Source: Myxococcota bacterium (lineage in GTDB: Bacteria > Myxococcota_A > Polyangia > Nannocystales > Nannocystaceae). From it: a DNA stretch of 64,000 bases. The notes under the pieces were generated by a model, which worked only from the letters and a program-made list of their open reading frames with translations, was not told the DNA's origin and did no database searches. This document shows, piece by piece, positions 51,667 through 60,736 of this stretch (position 1 is its first letter; each line of letters opens with the position of its first letter). Position numbers and translations under genes: made by a program. Where the stretch lies: positions 448,001-512,000 of the forward strand of contig JBCCHT010000001.1 of assembly GCA_039028615.1 (NCBI GenBank), read 5' to 3'.

Positions 51667-52006
51667 ACCACGTGATGCGCGAGACGTTGTCGTTGTAGTC
51701 GTTGTCCGACCCGTCTTCGCTCGAGACCACCCACGTCGAGCTGAGAATACGCCCCTTGCTCGCCGGGTCCTCGACATTGAAGGGCCCGTGGATGATGCCC
51801 GAACCGGTGATTTCCACCGAGACCGCACCCGAGCTCGCCTGGAACATCTTCTGCCCGTGCGTCTGTCGAACCCCGCCCCCGCTCAGCGAGCCGACCGGGT
51901 TGCCGTCGACATAGGCAGTCACCGTTCCCGTGCCCGCCGTCATCGTGGTCAGGTCCATCACGTACCAACCGGACTGTGCATCCGACAGTTTCAACCTCGT
52001 CGCCAT
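51650..52006 (-). CDS. LecB/PA-IIL-like calcium-dependent lectin
   Basis: 'SSEDGSDNDYNDNVSRITW' matches LecB 'GSEDGTDNDYNDAVVVINW'; 118 aa; C-terminal Gly; AAAGGA RBS. Confidence 0.8.
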   Translation of the reverse strand: MATRLKLSDAQSGWYVMDLTTMTAGTGTVTAYVDGNPVGSLSGGGVRQTHGQKMFQASSGAVSVEITGSGIIHGPFNVEDPASKGRILSSTWVVSSEDGSDNDYNDNVSRITWFMSAG

Positions 52007-52163
52007 TCGTTCGTCCTTTCGTCAACCGGGGGTTCGTCCCCCACTTGGGGAGTGTCACAATCCCCACTTCGGATCAGACGACGACGAGAAAACCGACGAC
52101 ATTCGAACATGGCCCGTTGTGCCCAACCGCAGTGCACGAGTTCGGGCCACATCGAATCGAGGC

Positions 52164-53183
52164 TCAGGCTGCGGGCGCGCGCGTGATTCCTTGGTTCCCC
52201 GCGGCGTGCGGCAGCAGGTAGCGCTTGGTGTCGGAGTACCAGTCCAGACCGCCGCGCAGCCAGGACACCAAGGCGTCGAGATAGGCCCGCTCGGCTTCGT
52301 TGGCATCGGCTTCGACGATGGCGAAGAGTCGATCGAAGGCGGTCAGCTCCTCGTTGCAGCGCACGATGGATCGCTGCATCGCTTCGCCCCAGTGCGAACC
52401 GTTTTCACGGGCGACGATCATCACCAGGTTGCTGGTGGTCTGATCGTAGAGTTCCTTCTCCAGGCCGTAGATGTCGTTGACCCAGCAGATGTGATTGGTG
52501 GCCATGATGTGCAGCTGCTGCACGAGAGGGTGCTCGACGAACGCGAGGTCGAGGCCTTCGATACACATGGCAGCGATGTCGAAGCACGGCGGCACCGCGC
52601 TGATGAGGGGCCGGAGCCGATCGTAGGTGGCCAGGCTGGGCGCCTCGCCGCGGATTCGCAGGTCGCGTTCCCAGCGACAGCCGATCACGTACTCCTCGAA
52701 GTGCTGGCCGAAGCGCTCGAGCCAGGTCCACTTGGCGAAGGTCGCGGCGCGTCGGCGAATGTCGGCGAGGGCACGCTCGAGCGGCTCGAGCGGGGCGCTC
52801 GTCATCCGCCCGTGACCAATCGCGATGAGTCGATCTTCGGTCACGGTCAGGGCGGCGGCGTAGGCCGGGTTCTCGGTCTGGGTGGTGTCGCAGCGGTCGT
52901 CGTAGAAGAACAGGAAGGTGATCCAGTCGGACACGAGCTCGAGCTGCTCGACGGTGACCTGGGGATAGGCCCGCGCGGCGAGCCACGCGAACTTGGCCGC
53001 GTTGAGGGTCGCGGTCTCGGGACCTTCGGCCGGGGCCAGACCCATGCGCACGACCCACTCCAGGGTCCGCTCGTGGGCGATGGCGACGTGTTCGTGGATT
53101 CGGGGCTCGTAGTCGCACTGCAGCGTGGCGGCGTTGGAGACGGAGTCCGAGGGCGAGGGGACGGGGAGATCGAGGAGTTTCAT
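52164..53183 (-). CDS. Class I terpene synthase (cyclase)
   Basis: 'FFYDDRCD' (DDxxD), NSE-like 'NDIYGLEKE', 'WYSDTKRY'. Confidence 0.92.
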   Translation of the reverse strand: MKLLDLPVPSPSDSVSNAATLQCDYEPRIHEHVAIAHERTLEWVVRMGLAPAEGPETATLNAAKFAWLAARAYPQVTVEQLELVSDWITFLFFYDDRCDTTQTENPAYAAALTVTEDRLIAIGHGRMTSAPLEPLERALADIRRRAATFAKWTWLERFGQHFEEYVIGCRWERDLRIRGEAPSLATYDRLRPLISAVPPCFDIAAMCIEGLDLAFVEHPLVQQLHIMATNHICWVNDIYGLEKELYDQTTSNLVMIVARENGSHWGEAMQRSIVRCNEELTAFDRLFAIVEADANEAERAYLDALVSWLRGGLDWYSDTKRYLLPHAAGNQGITRAPAA

Positions 53184-53266
53184 CGGGGCTTGGGGGGCTT
53201 GGGGGCTCACCCCTGTCGTGCCCGCAGCGCCCCGAGCGGATCACGGCCGCCCCGATTTCACGCCGG

Positions 53267-53935
53267 TCACGGCTTCGCGGGCGGCGTCCGCCCCTCGTCA
53301 CAGGCCCGCTGCACCCGCTCGATGAACGCCCGCTCCTCGTCGCGCATGGTCAGGCTCCAGCGGTCTTTGATCCGCACCCACTCGCTCACGTAGTCGCAGC
53401 GATAGGCGGGGTTGGCCGGCATCCAGTGGTCGGGCGCCTTGTCGCTCTTGGCCCGGTTGGAGCCGCGCTCCACCGCCACCAGGTGCCCGGCGTCGCTCAG
53501 CTCGTTGGCGTAGATTTCCCGCCGCTCACGGCTCCACGCGTGCCCCCCGGAGCGATGCGCCTCGTGCAGCGGCACCATGTGATCGACGTCGAGCTTGCTC
53601 GGGTCGGTGATGACCTTGCCGGTATAGGGGCATCGCCAGCGACCGCGGGTGACCTTGCAGTGCTTGTTGGTCTTGAAGGAGACCGGAGTCTCCGACTCCG
53701 CCTCGAGCACCTCGTGTCGGGTGTTCTGGCAGTCGTCGTCGGCGTCGGTCCAGTGGCGCCAGTCGTCGCGATCGTAGTTGGTCGGCGCTTCGGTCTGCGT
53801 CGGCGTGCCGCCGCCGGGCAGCTCGGTGGGCAAGACCTCCTCGAGCCACCCCTGCTGCTTCATCCACAGCAGCACGATGGCGATGACGATGACCCAGCGG
53901 AAGCGGCGAAGGAGCCGGCGCAAGGGCCGGAGCAT
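53267..53935 (-). CDS. Membrane-anchored HNH endonuclease (DUF1524-like extracellular nuclease)
   Basis: 'CQNTRHEVL', 'DVDHMVPL..AHRSG', 'YANE..HLVAV...NRAKSDK', 'IKDRWSL'. Confidence 0.85.
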   Translation of the reverse strand: MLRPLRRLLRRFRWVIVIAIVLLWMKQQGWLEEVLPTELPGGGTPTQTEAPTNYDRDDWRHWTDADDDCQNTRHEVLEAESETPVSFKTNKHCKVTRGRWRCPYTGKVITDPSKLDVDHMVPLHEAHRSGGHAWSRERREIYANELSDAGHLVAVERGSNRAKSDKAPDHWMPANPAYRCDYVSEWVRIKDRWSLTMRDEERAFIERVQRACDEGRTPPAKP

Positions 53936-54008
53936 GCGGGGGGATCGGCGACGGCCCATCGCGAGCAGTCTGCGTCGGGCCAACCTCTGCGCGCAAGGAA
54001 TCGGCGGC

Positions 54009-55016
54009 TCAGCTCTCGGGATCGCGCCCGAGCCGAGCCACCAGCATGGTGGCGAAGAACCCGGCGATCACCAGCCCGAGCGCGGTGCCGATCTGCCCCC
54101 CGGAGGGGTCGAAGTATGCGGTCGGGTAATCCTTGGGCTCGAGCTCGGCCAGCGTCTCGGCGGTGAGCGCCCGGCCCTTGACCACGTCGCCGACCTCGGG
54201 CTTTTGCCCCTGCTGGAAGGGCCACAGCCCCACCACCGCGCCGACCAGCAGACCGAGCAGAACCCCCAGGGTCTGCTGCTCGTAGCGCGCCAGCAGCCAC
54301 TTGAGCACGTTGCTGACCACCGCGATGCCGACCACCACGCCCAAGCCCACGGGGAGGACGACGCCGAGCAGCGGATCCATGAGCGCACCGAAGTCGCCCG
54401 CCTTGAGCGCAACCTTGACCTCCTCGATGCCCGACAAGATCGCGACGTAGACCCCGAGCACGAGCAGCAGGTAGCCGCCGCTCACCCCCGGCAGGATCAT
54501 CGCGCTGGCTCCCGCCACGCCCGCGAGGAACATCATCACGAAGCCCGCGCTGTCGGCCCCCGCTCCGGAGTGGCCCGCCGATTGCGACAGGCCCAGCAAC
54601 GCCATGCCGGCGAAGCCCACCCCCGCCGAGGCCCACACGGCCACGGGCAGCGGCCGCTTCATCATGCGCCAGATGACCGGCACGCCACCCAGGGTCAGCC
54701 CGATGAAGATGCTGTACGCGACCCAGCGGTGCTCGATGACGAAGTCCTTGACCACCCCGGCCAGGCCGACGATCGCCAGCATGGCCGAAGCGACGACGAT
54801 GGCGAGCACCAGGATGGACTGGCGCCGCAGCTTGAGGGTGGTGACGTCGGCCACCGCCCGAATGAAGTGCGGGTAGATGCCCGCCGCGAGCAGCATGGTG
54901 CCGCCGCTGATTCCGGGCACCAGGTTGGCGAGGCCCATCAGCAGACCGCCCACGCCTCCTCGAAGCGCAAGGGTGCCGGTGGGAAGGCTCGGAGTGTCGT
55001 CTTCGATGGTGGCCAC
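54009..55016 (-). CDS. DUF368 family membrane protein (undecaprenyl-phosphate translocase type)
   Basis: 'MGLANLVPGISGGT', 'AMILPGVSGGYLLLVLGVY'. Confidence 0.88.
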   Translation of the reverse strand: MATIEDDTPSLPTGTLALRGGVGGLLMGLANLVPGISGGTMLLAAGIYPHFIRAVADVTTLKLRRQSILVLAIVVASAMLAIVGLAGVVKDFVIEHRWVAYSIFIGLTLGGVPVIWRMMKRPLPVAVWASAGVGFAGMALLGLSQSAGHSGAGADSAGFVMMFLAGVAGASAMILPGVSGGYLLLVLGVYVAILSGIEEVKVALKAGDFGALMDPLLGVVLPVGLGVVVGIAVVSNVLKWLLARYEQQTLGVLLGLLVGAVVGLWPFQQGQKPEVGDVVKGRALTAETLAELEPKDYPTAYFDPSGGQIGTALGLVIAGFFATMLVARLGRDPES

Positions 55017-55138
55017 GGGCGTCCTGGGAACGAGCCGGGAGGCTAGCAGCAAGGACGAACCGGCCCTCAACCCCCCGTTTTCATTGAATTTCACCATCCA
55101 TCCCCACCCGCGGCGACGGTTGCTGCGATCATGGAAGC

Positions 55139-56851
55139 GTGACCGTCGTCCCGGCCTATCTCCAGGACTTCATCTGCGAGGGCAAGGTCATTCCCTTCGT
55201 CGGCGCGGGCGTATCGATGGCGGTGCGACGCACCGACGGCCGCGCCTGCTACCCGAGCTGGAAGGACTTGCTCGGGCGAGCCGCCGCGCGCCTCACTCGA
55301 GAAGGCAAGCCCGAAGCGGCCGCGACGGTGCAGGACCTGCTCGCGAAGAACGACTACCTCGAGGCGTCCACCCACGCCCGCAAGGCGCTGCGCAACAACT
55401 GGTACCGCTTCCTCAAGTCTCAGCTCTCCTTTCGAAGGGACGAGATCGACACCGAGAGCCTGGCGCTGGCGCGAGCGATCTGGGACCTGGGCAGCCGGCT
55501 CATCATCACCACCAACTACGACCGCGTGCTGCTGTGGGGGTGCCCCGAGCTGCCCGATCTCCATCGCTGGGACATCGACGCGCCCTACGAGCAGGTCGCC
55601 GCGCTCCGCGATGGCGTCGAGGCGCCCACGCTGTGGCACCTGCACGGCACCATCGACAACGTCACCAAGCTCATCCTGACCCCCGACGGGTACCAGCGCC
55701 TCTATCCCGATTTCGAAGACGGCTCGGGCGTCCCCACCGAGCAGCGCCACCACGCCGCGCTGAAGACCCTGCAGCAACACCTCACCTCGTACTCGTTCCT
55801 CTTCATCGGCTTCAGCCTGGACGACGCCGCGTTGCTCGGACAGCTCCAGGAGGTCGACGACCTGTTCGAGGGTGCCGCGGCGCAGCACTACATCCTCGCG
55901 CGGGAGGCCGAGCGAGAAGCGATGACCCAGAAGATCGAGCAATGGAATCTGCCCGTCGATGTGGTGACCTTCGCCGACTTCGGGCCACCCCTGCTCGATA
56001 GCCTGGCTCAGATGGCTCGCTACACCCGGCAGCCGGAGGTCTCACCGACGGCGTCGAAGCCGACGAGCCCCTCCACGCCCGCTCCCCGGCCGCCGACCAG
56101 CGCCGCCTCACCGCCGCCGCCTCCCGCGGGCGCCCCCGCAGCGCCGAGCGAAGCCCTGGCGCACGACGACGATGACGCGGGCGAGATCGACGAAGACGGG
56201 CTGAACCTCCTGCTCGGCGCCTCCCCTCCCTCGCGCAAGCTGGCCGTCGACGCCGACCCGTCGCGGGCCAAGGGCGCGTCGGCGGGTGAACGCCGCCGGC
56301 GCGGCGGGCGACGCGAGTCCCAGCGGGTCCTTCGCGACGGCGGAGCACGCCCCGCCAGCCCGGTGCCGCCGCACAGGCCCAAACGGAGCGCCGAGCCGGT
56401 CGCCAAGTCCGACCACGCTCCGCGGGACCCGGCCGAGCCGGACGAGCAGCTGCTCCTGCTTTCGAGACGGCTCTACGCGCGGCCCCTGCACGAGCGTCGG
56501 GTGGCGGCCCGCCGCGTCGCCGAGCTGACCGAGGCCGTCTCGCTCGACTCGCTGCTGTCGCTGTCGACCTCGGCCGAGCCGGAGCACCGCGTCGCCGCGG
56601 GCATCGGCCTGCGCACCCACCTCGAGATCGACCCCCGCCTCGCCGACGATCCCCGCATCCATCGCGCCGTGGAACGGGGACTGACCGATGGCCAAGCGCG
56701 TGTCCGCTATCGCTTCCTCGAGTCGATCCAGGCCGCGACCACGCTCATCGACCCCGTCCGCAACACGCTGGAGGCGCTGCGCGACGACCCCAACGCACCC
56801 GTGGCCAGCAAAGCCCGGGAGACCCTCGACCTGGGCCCCAGCGAGGGCTGA
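55139..56851 (+). CDS. SIR2 (SIR2_2-type) domain protein with C-terminal HEAT-like repeats
   Basis: 'PFVGAGVS', 'ITTNYD', 'HLHG', 'FIGFSLDD'; Pro-rich linker; 'LTDGQARVRYR', 'DDPNAPVASKA'. Confidence 0.85.
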   Translation: MTVVPAYLQDFICEGKVIPFVGAGVSMAVRRTDGRACYPSWKDLLGRAAARLTREGKPEAAATVQDLLAKNDYLEASTHARKALRNNWYRFLKSQLSFRRDEIDTESLALARAIWDLGSRLIITTNYDRVLLWGCPELPDLHRWDIDAPYEQVAALRDGVEAPTLWHLHGTIDNVTKLILTPDGYQRLYPDFEDGSGVPTEQRHHAALKTLQQHLTSYSFLFIGFSLDDAALLGQLQEVDDLFEGAAAQHYILAREAEREAMTQKIEQWNLPVDVVTFADFGPPLLDSLAQMARYTRQPEVSPTASKPTSPSTPAPRPPTSAASPPPPPAGAPAAPSEALAHDDDDAGEIDEDGLNLLLGASPPSRKLAVDADPSRAKGASAGERRRRGGRRESQRVLRDGGARPASPVPPHRPKRSAEPVAKSDHAPRDPAEPDEQLLLLSRRLYARPLHERRVAARRVAELTEAVSLDSLLSLSTSAEPEHRVAAGIGLRTHLEIDPRLADDPRIHRAVERGLTDGQARVRYRFLESIQAATTLIDPVRNTLEALRDDPNAPVASKARETLDLGPSEG

Positions 56852-56881
56852 GCGGGGCGCTTCGCCTCCGCGGCGCTGCTC

Positions 56882-56935
56882 TTGCACTCTCGTATTTAAA
56901 ACATCTTGAATAGTTTTTATGATCTCCTAGGTTTT
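56882..56935 (+). promoter_or_regulatory. AT-rich promoter/operator upstream of truncated haemoglobin operon
   Basis: 'TTGCAC...TTTAAAACATCTTGAATAGTTTTTAT' with imperfect inverted repeat AAAAC-N10-GTTTT. Confidence 0.5.
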
Positions 56936-56937
56936 GC

Positions 56938-57333
56938 GTGGACATCATGTTCGCGCCCGCCACCATCGCCGAGACCGCGACCTTCACCCCCGAAGCCATC
57001 CAAGCCATGGTCCACGCGTTCTACGACCGGGTTCGCCACGATCCCCTGCTGGCGCCCGTATTCGACCGACGCATCACCGACTGGGGCCCGCACCTGCAAC
57101 GCATGACCGCCTTTTGGTCGTCGGTGCTCCGCGGCACCTCGGACTTTCGCCCCTCCCCGCGCGGCGGACCCCCGGTGCTGCACCGAGCCATCGCCGAGCT
57201 GACCCCCGAGCACTTCGAGCGTTGGCTGGCGCTGTTCGAGTCCGTCGTGCGGGAGCGCTTCACCCCGGGCGCAGCCGATCACGTGCTTCGCCGGGCGCAT
57301 CGCATGGGCCGCGCGTTGTCGGCTCACCTGTGA
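56938..57333 (+). CDS. Group III truncated haemoglobin
   Basis: 'VHAFYDRVRHDPLLAPVF...DWGPHLQRMTAFWSSVL...H...HFERWLALF'. Confidence 0.92.
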   Translation: MDIMFAPATIAETATFTPEAIQAMVHAFYDRVRHDPLLAPVFDRRITDWGPHLQRMTAFWSSVLRGTSDFRPSPRGGPPVLHRAIAELTPEHFERWLALFESVVRERFTPGAADHVLRRAHRMGRALSAHL

Positions 57334-57340
57334 CCCACGC

Positions 57341-58033
57341 GTGCCGGACTCCGATCCCATCCTCGACGCGGGCCCCGAGTCCGCCGTTCGCCGCGAGCTG
57401 CTCGCTCGCATCAAGCGGGCCGGCACCGCACGCATCGATGCCCTGGTCGAGGCGATCGGCCTGTCGAAGACCGCGGTACGCGGGCACCTGCTGCGCCTGG
57501 AGACGCTGGGTCTGGTCGAGCGGGTCGTCGTTCCCGGCCGAGGTCGCGGCCGGCCGCCGCTGGCGTTTCTGGTCACCGCCCGCACCGAGCCGCTGTTTCC
57601 CACCAGCGACGGCGCCATGCTGACCTCACTGTTGCAGTTCCTCGATGCCCAGGGGCAGGCGCCGCTCGTGACCGCCTTCTTCGAGCGTCTGTGGCAAGGC
57701 CGTACCGAGCGTCTCGAGGCCGAGCTGCATCGTCGCAGCCGCGGTCGCCCCCCGGGACCCCGCCTTCGCCTCACCGTATTGCAAGAACACCTCGAGCAGC
57801 ACGACTTCATGCCGGTCGTGCGAACCGAGCGGGACGAGCCCGGCTCGATCACCGTCGAGGCCTGTCACTGCCCCTTTCCTTCCGTCGTGCGGGCGACCCG
57901 GCTGCCCTGCCGACTGGAGTCGAAGTTCGTGGAGCACGCCCTCGATGCCTCGCTGGTGGAGCTGCGGGTGGCCGGGCCCGAGGCGTCCAGCTGCGTGTTT
58001 CGCCTGAAGCGGCGACCCGCCAAAGCGGGATGA
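57341..58033 (+). CDS. Winged-HTH transcriptional regulator, SufR-like
   Basis: 'LSKTAVRGHLLRLE..GLV', 'RGRP', C-terminal 'CHCPF...C..E...CVF'. Confidence 0.82.
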   Translation: MPDSDPILDAGPESAVRRELLARIKRAGTARIDALVEAIGLSKTAVRGHLLRLETLGLVERVVVPGRGRGRPPLAFLVTARTEPLFPTSDGAMLTSLLQFLDAQGQAPLVTAFFERLWQGRTERLEAELHRRSRGRPPGPRLRLTVLQEHLEQHDFMPVVRTERDEPGSITVEACHCPFPSVVRATRLPCRLESKFVEHALDASLVELRVAGPEASSCVFRLKRRPAKAG

Positions 58034-58423
58034 GCTCCGCCCCCGCGTAGGCACGCGGGCTCGATCATCGAGTGCCCGCGAACGCGCGGAGCCATGGTTG
58101 AAGACGTCGGCCCCCGTACCCTCTTCGCCTCCCACGGTTTCCTGATCGAACGCAGAAATCGACGCGAAATCGAACGCGGTTCCGAGATCTCTCATGCCCG
58201 CGCACGATGGCGCACGAAACCGCCTTCGGAGCACGAAAACATCAATCCGAGGCGAAAAAACTTAATCCGGCTCGGCTCCGCGATCGACTTGTGAGGGTGG
58301 GTGGCCCCGAGCCCTCGCCAACGCCTTCGAGCCCGCGCGCCAACGAGTGCATGCGCGGTGCGAGATGGCATGCGCACCGGCTCGGAGCGGGGAACAAAAA
58401 ACCTCTCCAGGGGAACAGGGCCC

Positions 58424-58708
58424 ATGAAACACACTCGACACTCGCACTCCACTCCCGCGATGGGGGACGGCTCGCGCGGCCGCCCGCCCGGTCATTGCTT
58501 GGACCGAAGCCGCCTCCGCTCGCTTCGCGCTCAGCGGGGTCTGACGCAGGTCGGACTCGCGGATCGAGCCGGGCTGACCCGTCGAACGGTCGCCACCGCC
58601 GAGAGCGGCCGACCCGTCTCGCTGCAGACGGCACACTCGATCGCCGACGCCGTGGGAGTGGAACTGGGGGAGCTTCTGCAAATCGCAACAGCTCACTCAA
58701 TTGCATAA
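58424..58708 (+). CDS. XRE family HTH transcriptional regulator
   Basis: 'LRSLRAQRGLTQVGLADRAGLTRRTVATAESG...IADAVGV'. Confidence 0.8.
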   Translation: MKHTRHSHSTPAMGDGSRGRPPGHCLDRSRLRSLRAQRGLTQVGLADRAGLTRRTVATAESGRPVSLQTAHSIADAVGVELGELLQIATAHSIA

Positions 58709-58720
58709 TTGACCGTCAAT
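58698..58720. promoter_or_regulatory. Overlapping palindromes CAATT-GCAT-AATTG and ATTGAC-C-GTCAAT (candidate operator)
   Basis: Direct reading, at the start of an AT-rich intergenic stretch. Confidence 0.35.
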
Positions 58721-58838
58721 CATTCACACACTCTCATGCGCCTTAGTTTCACATTTCTTTCACTTGCTGACCGTATGTCCCGGTCGCTATCACCAAGACA
58801 CGGGGCCACCTCAGGCCGCGTCGAAAGATAGAAGAACG

Positions 58839-59384
58839 ATGATCAAAAAAGCGACTTCCGTCGTCATCAGCACCTGCTTGGCCGCCGCTTCGTGCCTCCT
58901 CGGCGTCACCGTGGCACCCACCGAGTCGAACGCCGCCGATGGCAAAATCGTCCATGGCACCGTTTGCCAGGAGTCCTCCAACTACAGCTCTGCTCGGCAC
59001 TATCTGGGCGGCTACTACTCCTCGGGCGGCTCCTCCTATGTCACCTGCCCCCTCATTCGCGACTCGATCGACAAGGACCTCGACTACGTCCGGGTGCACT
59101 GGGATCTCGCGAACGTGAGCAACGGTACCAACATCACCACGCGGGTCTACTCCTGCGGCCCCTTCGGCGAGACCTGCTACTACCAGCAGGCCAACATCAC
59201 GCGTAGCGAGACCGGCGGCGTGGGAGCCACCGACGCCTACTTCCAGACCTTCTGGAACACCGACTCGCTGCAGGACGCCCACCAGGGCGGCGTGTACGAC
59301 AACTACGCGTACGCGTTCTCCGTGTGGAGCTTCGTCCCCACCGGCGGCGAGCTCATCGGTATCTACACCCACGAGGATACCTAG
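58839..59384 (+). CDS. Secreted beta-rich hypothetical protein
   Basis: Signal peptide ending 'ESNAA'; 'HGTVC...VTCPLIRD'; Tyr/Ser/Thr-rich. Confidence 0.72.
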   Translation: MIKKATSVVISTCLAAASCLLGVTVAPTESNAADGKIVHGTVCQESSNYSSARHYLGGYYSSGGSSYVTCPLIRDSIDKDLDYVRVHWDLANVSNGTNITTRVYSCGPFGETCYYQQANITRSETGGVGATDAYFQTFWNTDSLQDAHQGGVYDNYAYAFSVWSFVPTGGELIGIYTHEDT

Positions 59385-59395
59385 GCGGTACCGAG

Positions 59396-60064
59396 ATGAA
59401 GCGCATCGTCATTGTCAGTGGTGGACTCATTGCTTTCGCGGCGGCCTTGGCGGTGACGCTTCATCGCCCCGACGAACCCGAGAACAAGCCCGAAGCCGTC
59501 GTCGACGCTTCGGCCAAGCGGGCCTTGTCCGAGGCACGCGCCGCGCGGGCCGAGCTCGCCGACCTTCGGTCGCAAATCGGTCAGCTCGATCGCAGCGGGC
59601 GTCGCAGTGTGGCCCCGGCCCTACCTCGGGATGCGGCCGCCCCCGCCGCAGCGCATGCCCAGCCCGCGCCCTCGCGCCCTTCGTTCATGGAGCTCGAGCC
59701 CGAGGAGCAGATGGAAGCGGCGCGCAACCGGGCCGACGAGGTTCAGGAGACCTTCGAGGACACCCTCGAGTCCGAGCCGCGAGACTCCGAGTGGGCCAAC
59801 ACCGCCGAGCGCACCCTTGCCCACTCCCTCGACAGCTTCGACGCGGCCGGGAGGGCCCAAGTCGTCAGCTCGAAGTGTGGCAGCACCATCTGCATGGCCG
59901 AGCTCGAGTTCGCCGACCGCGACACCGCGGAAGAGCTACGCCATCACATCACCATCGGCGAAGAGTTCGGGTTCACGCGGCGGAGCAGCGCGCCGGGGGA
60001 GTTGCCGCTGCGGCAGGTCTACTTCCTGGCTCGGCCGGGACACAGGCTGCCGATGCCGTCGTGA
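59396..60064 (+). CDS. Membrane-anchored hypothetical protein
   Basis: N-terminal TM; 'ESEPRDSEWA...KCGSTICMAE'. Confidence 0.7.
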   Translation: MKRIVIVSGGLIAFAAALAVTLHRPDEPENKPEAVVDASAKRALSEARAARAELADLRSQIGQLDRSGRRSVAPALPRDAAAPAAAHAQPAPSRPSFMELEPEEQMEAARNRADEVQETFEDTLESEPRDSEWANTAERTLAHSLDSFDAAGRAQVVSSKCGSTICMAELEFADRDTAEELRHHITIGEEFGFTRRSSAPGELPLRQVYFLARPGHRLPMPS

Positions 60065-60135
60065 ACGTGGTCGGGGCGTCGGGGCGCGGGCGAGCACCGA
60101 GTGGGTTCGGGGCTCGCTCGCGCACGCGTCGTGGG

Positions 60136-60699
60136 TCAGCCCGGACTGGCCTTGGCTCGGCGCTGGGCCTCTTCGCCCAAGGCCGTCGTCTCGGCCTCCA
60201 TCCCTGCCATCAGCTTCGGCCCGTAGCGCCTCTCCGCCATCGCGCGCATCGATCCGCCGAGGGTCAGCACCTGCTCGATCCGCGTGCGCCCGTCCGCCGT
60301 CGCCGTGAGCGTGCGGCACCGTAACCCGGTGACGAAGCCGGTGCTCGGCCCACCATCGCGCCAACAAAACCGGGTCGGAGCCTCCACCTCCACCACGCGA
60401 TGCCACATGTCGCGGTCGTCGTCCCCGAGCTGCACCGTGATGTCCACGCGCTCGCCGACCTCCAGCGGCCCTTCGGCGCGCGTGATCCAGGGATTCCAGG
60501 CCTCGTAGCTCGGCAAGTCGGTCAGCGTCGCCCAGACCACGTCGATGGGCGCATCGAGGACGGCCTCGTACTCGAACACCACCGTCTTGGGCGGGCGCGG
60601 GATCTTGCGATCGCGACCGGGGTCGTAGGGACGGCACGCTCCCGCGACGACGAGAGTTCCGCACAGCAGCGCCAGCGGGACGAGGCTCCGGGAAGGCAT
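60136..60699 (-). CDS. SRPBCC (polyketide cyclase/dehydrase-like) lipoprotein
   Basis: 'LDAPIDVVWATLTDLPSYEAWNP'; lipobox 'AGAC'. Confidence 0.85.
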   Translation of the reverse strand: MPSRSLVPLALLCGTLVVAGACRPYDPGRDRKIPRPPKTVVFEYEAVLDAPIDVVWATLTDLPSYEAWNPWITRAEGPLEVGERVDITVQLGDDDRDMWHRVVEVEAPTRFCWRDGGPSTGFVTGLRCRTLTATADGRTRIEQVLTLGGSMRAMAERRYGPKLMAGMEAETTALGEEAQRRAKASPG

Positions 60700-60736
60700 G
60701 CGCCGAACAGAGTACCTCGCCCGCCCCGAGCGTCGC

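Noticed and set aside
53267..56851. HNH nuclease + SIR2 as one defence operon
   Set aside because: Opposite strands, separated by DUF368, and the nuclease has an export anchor
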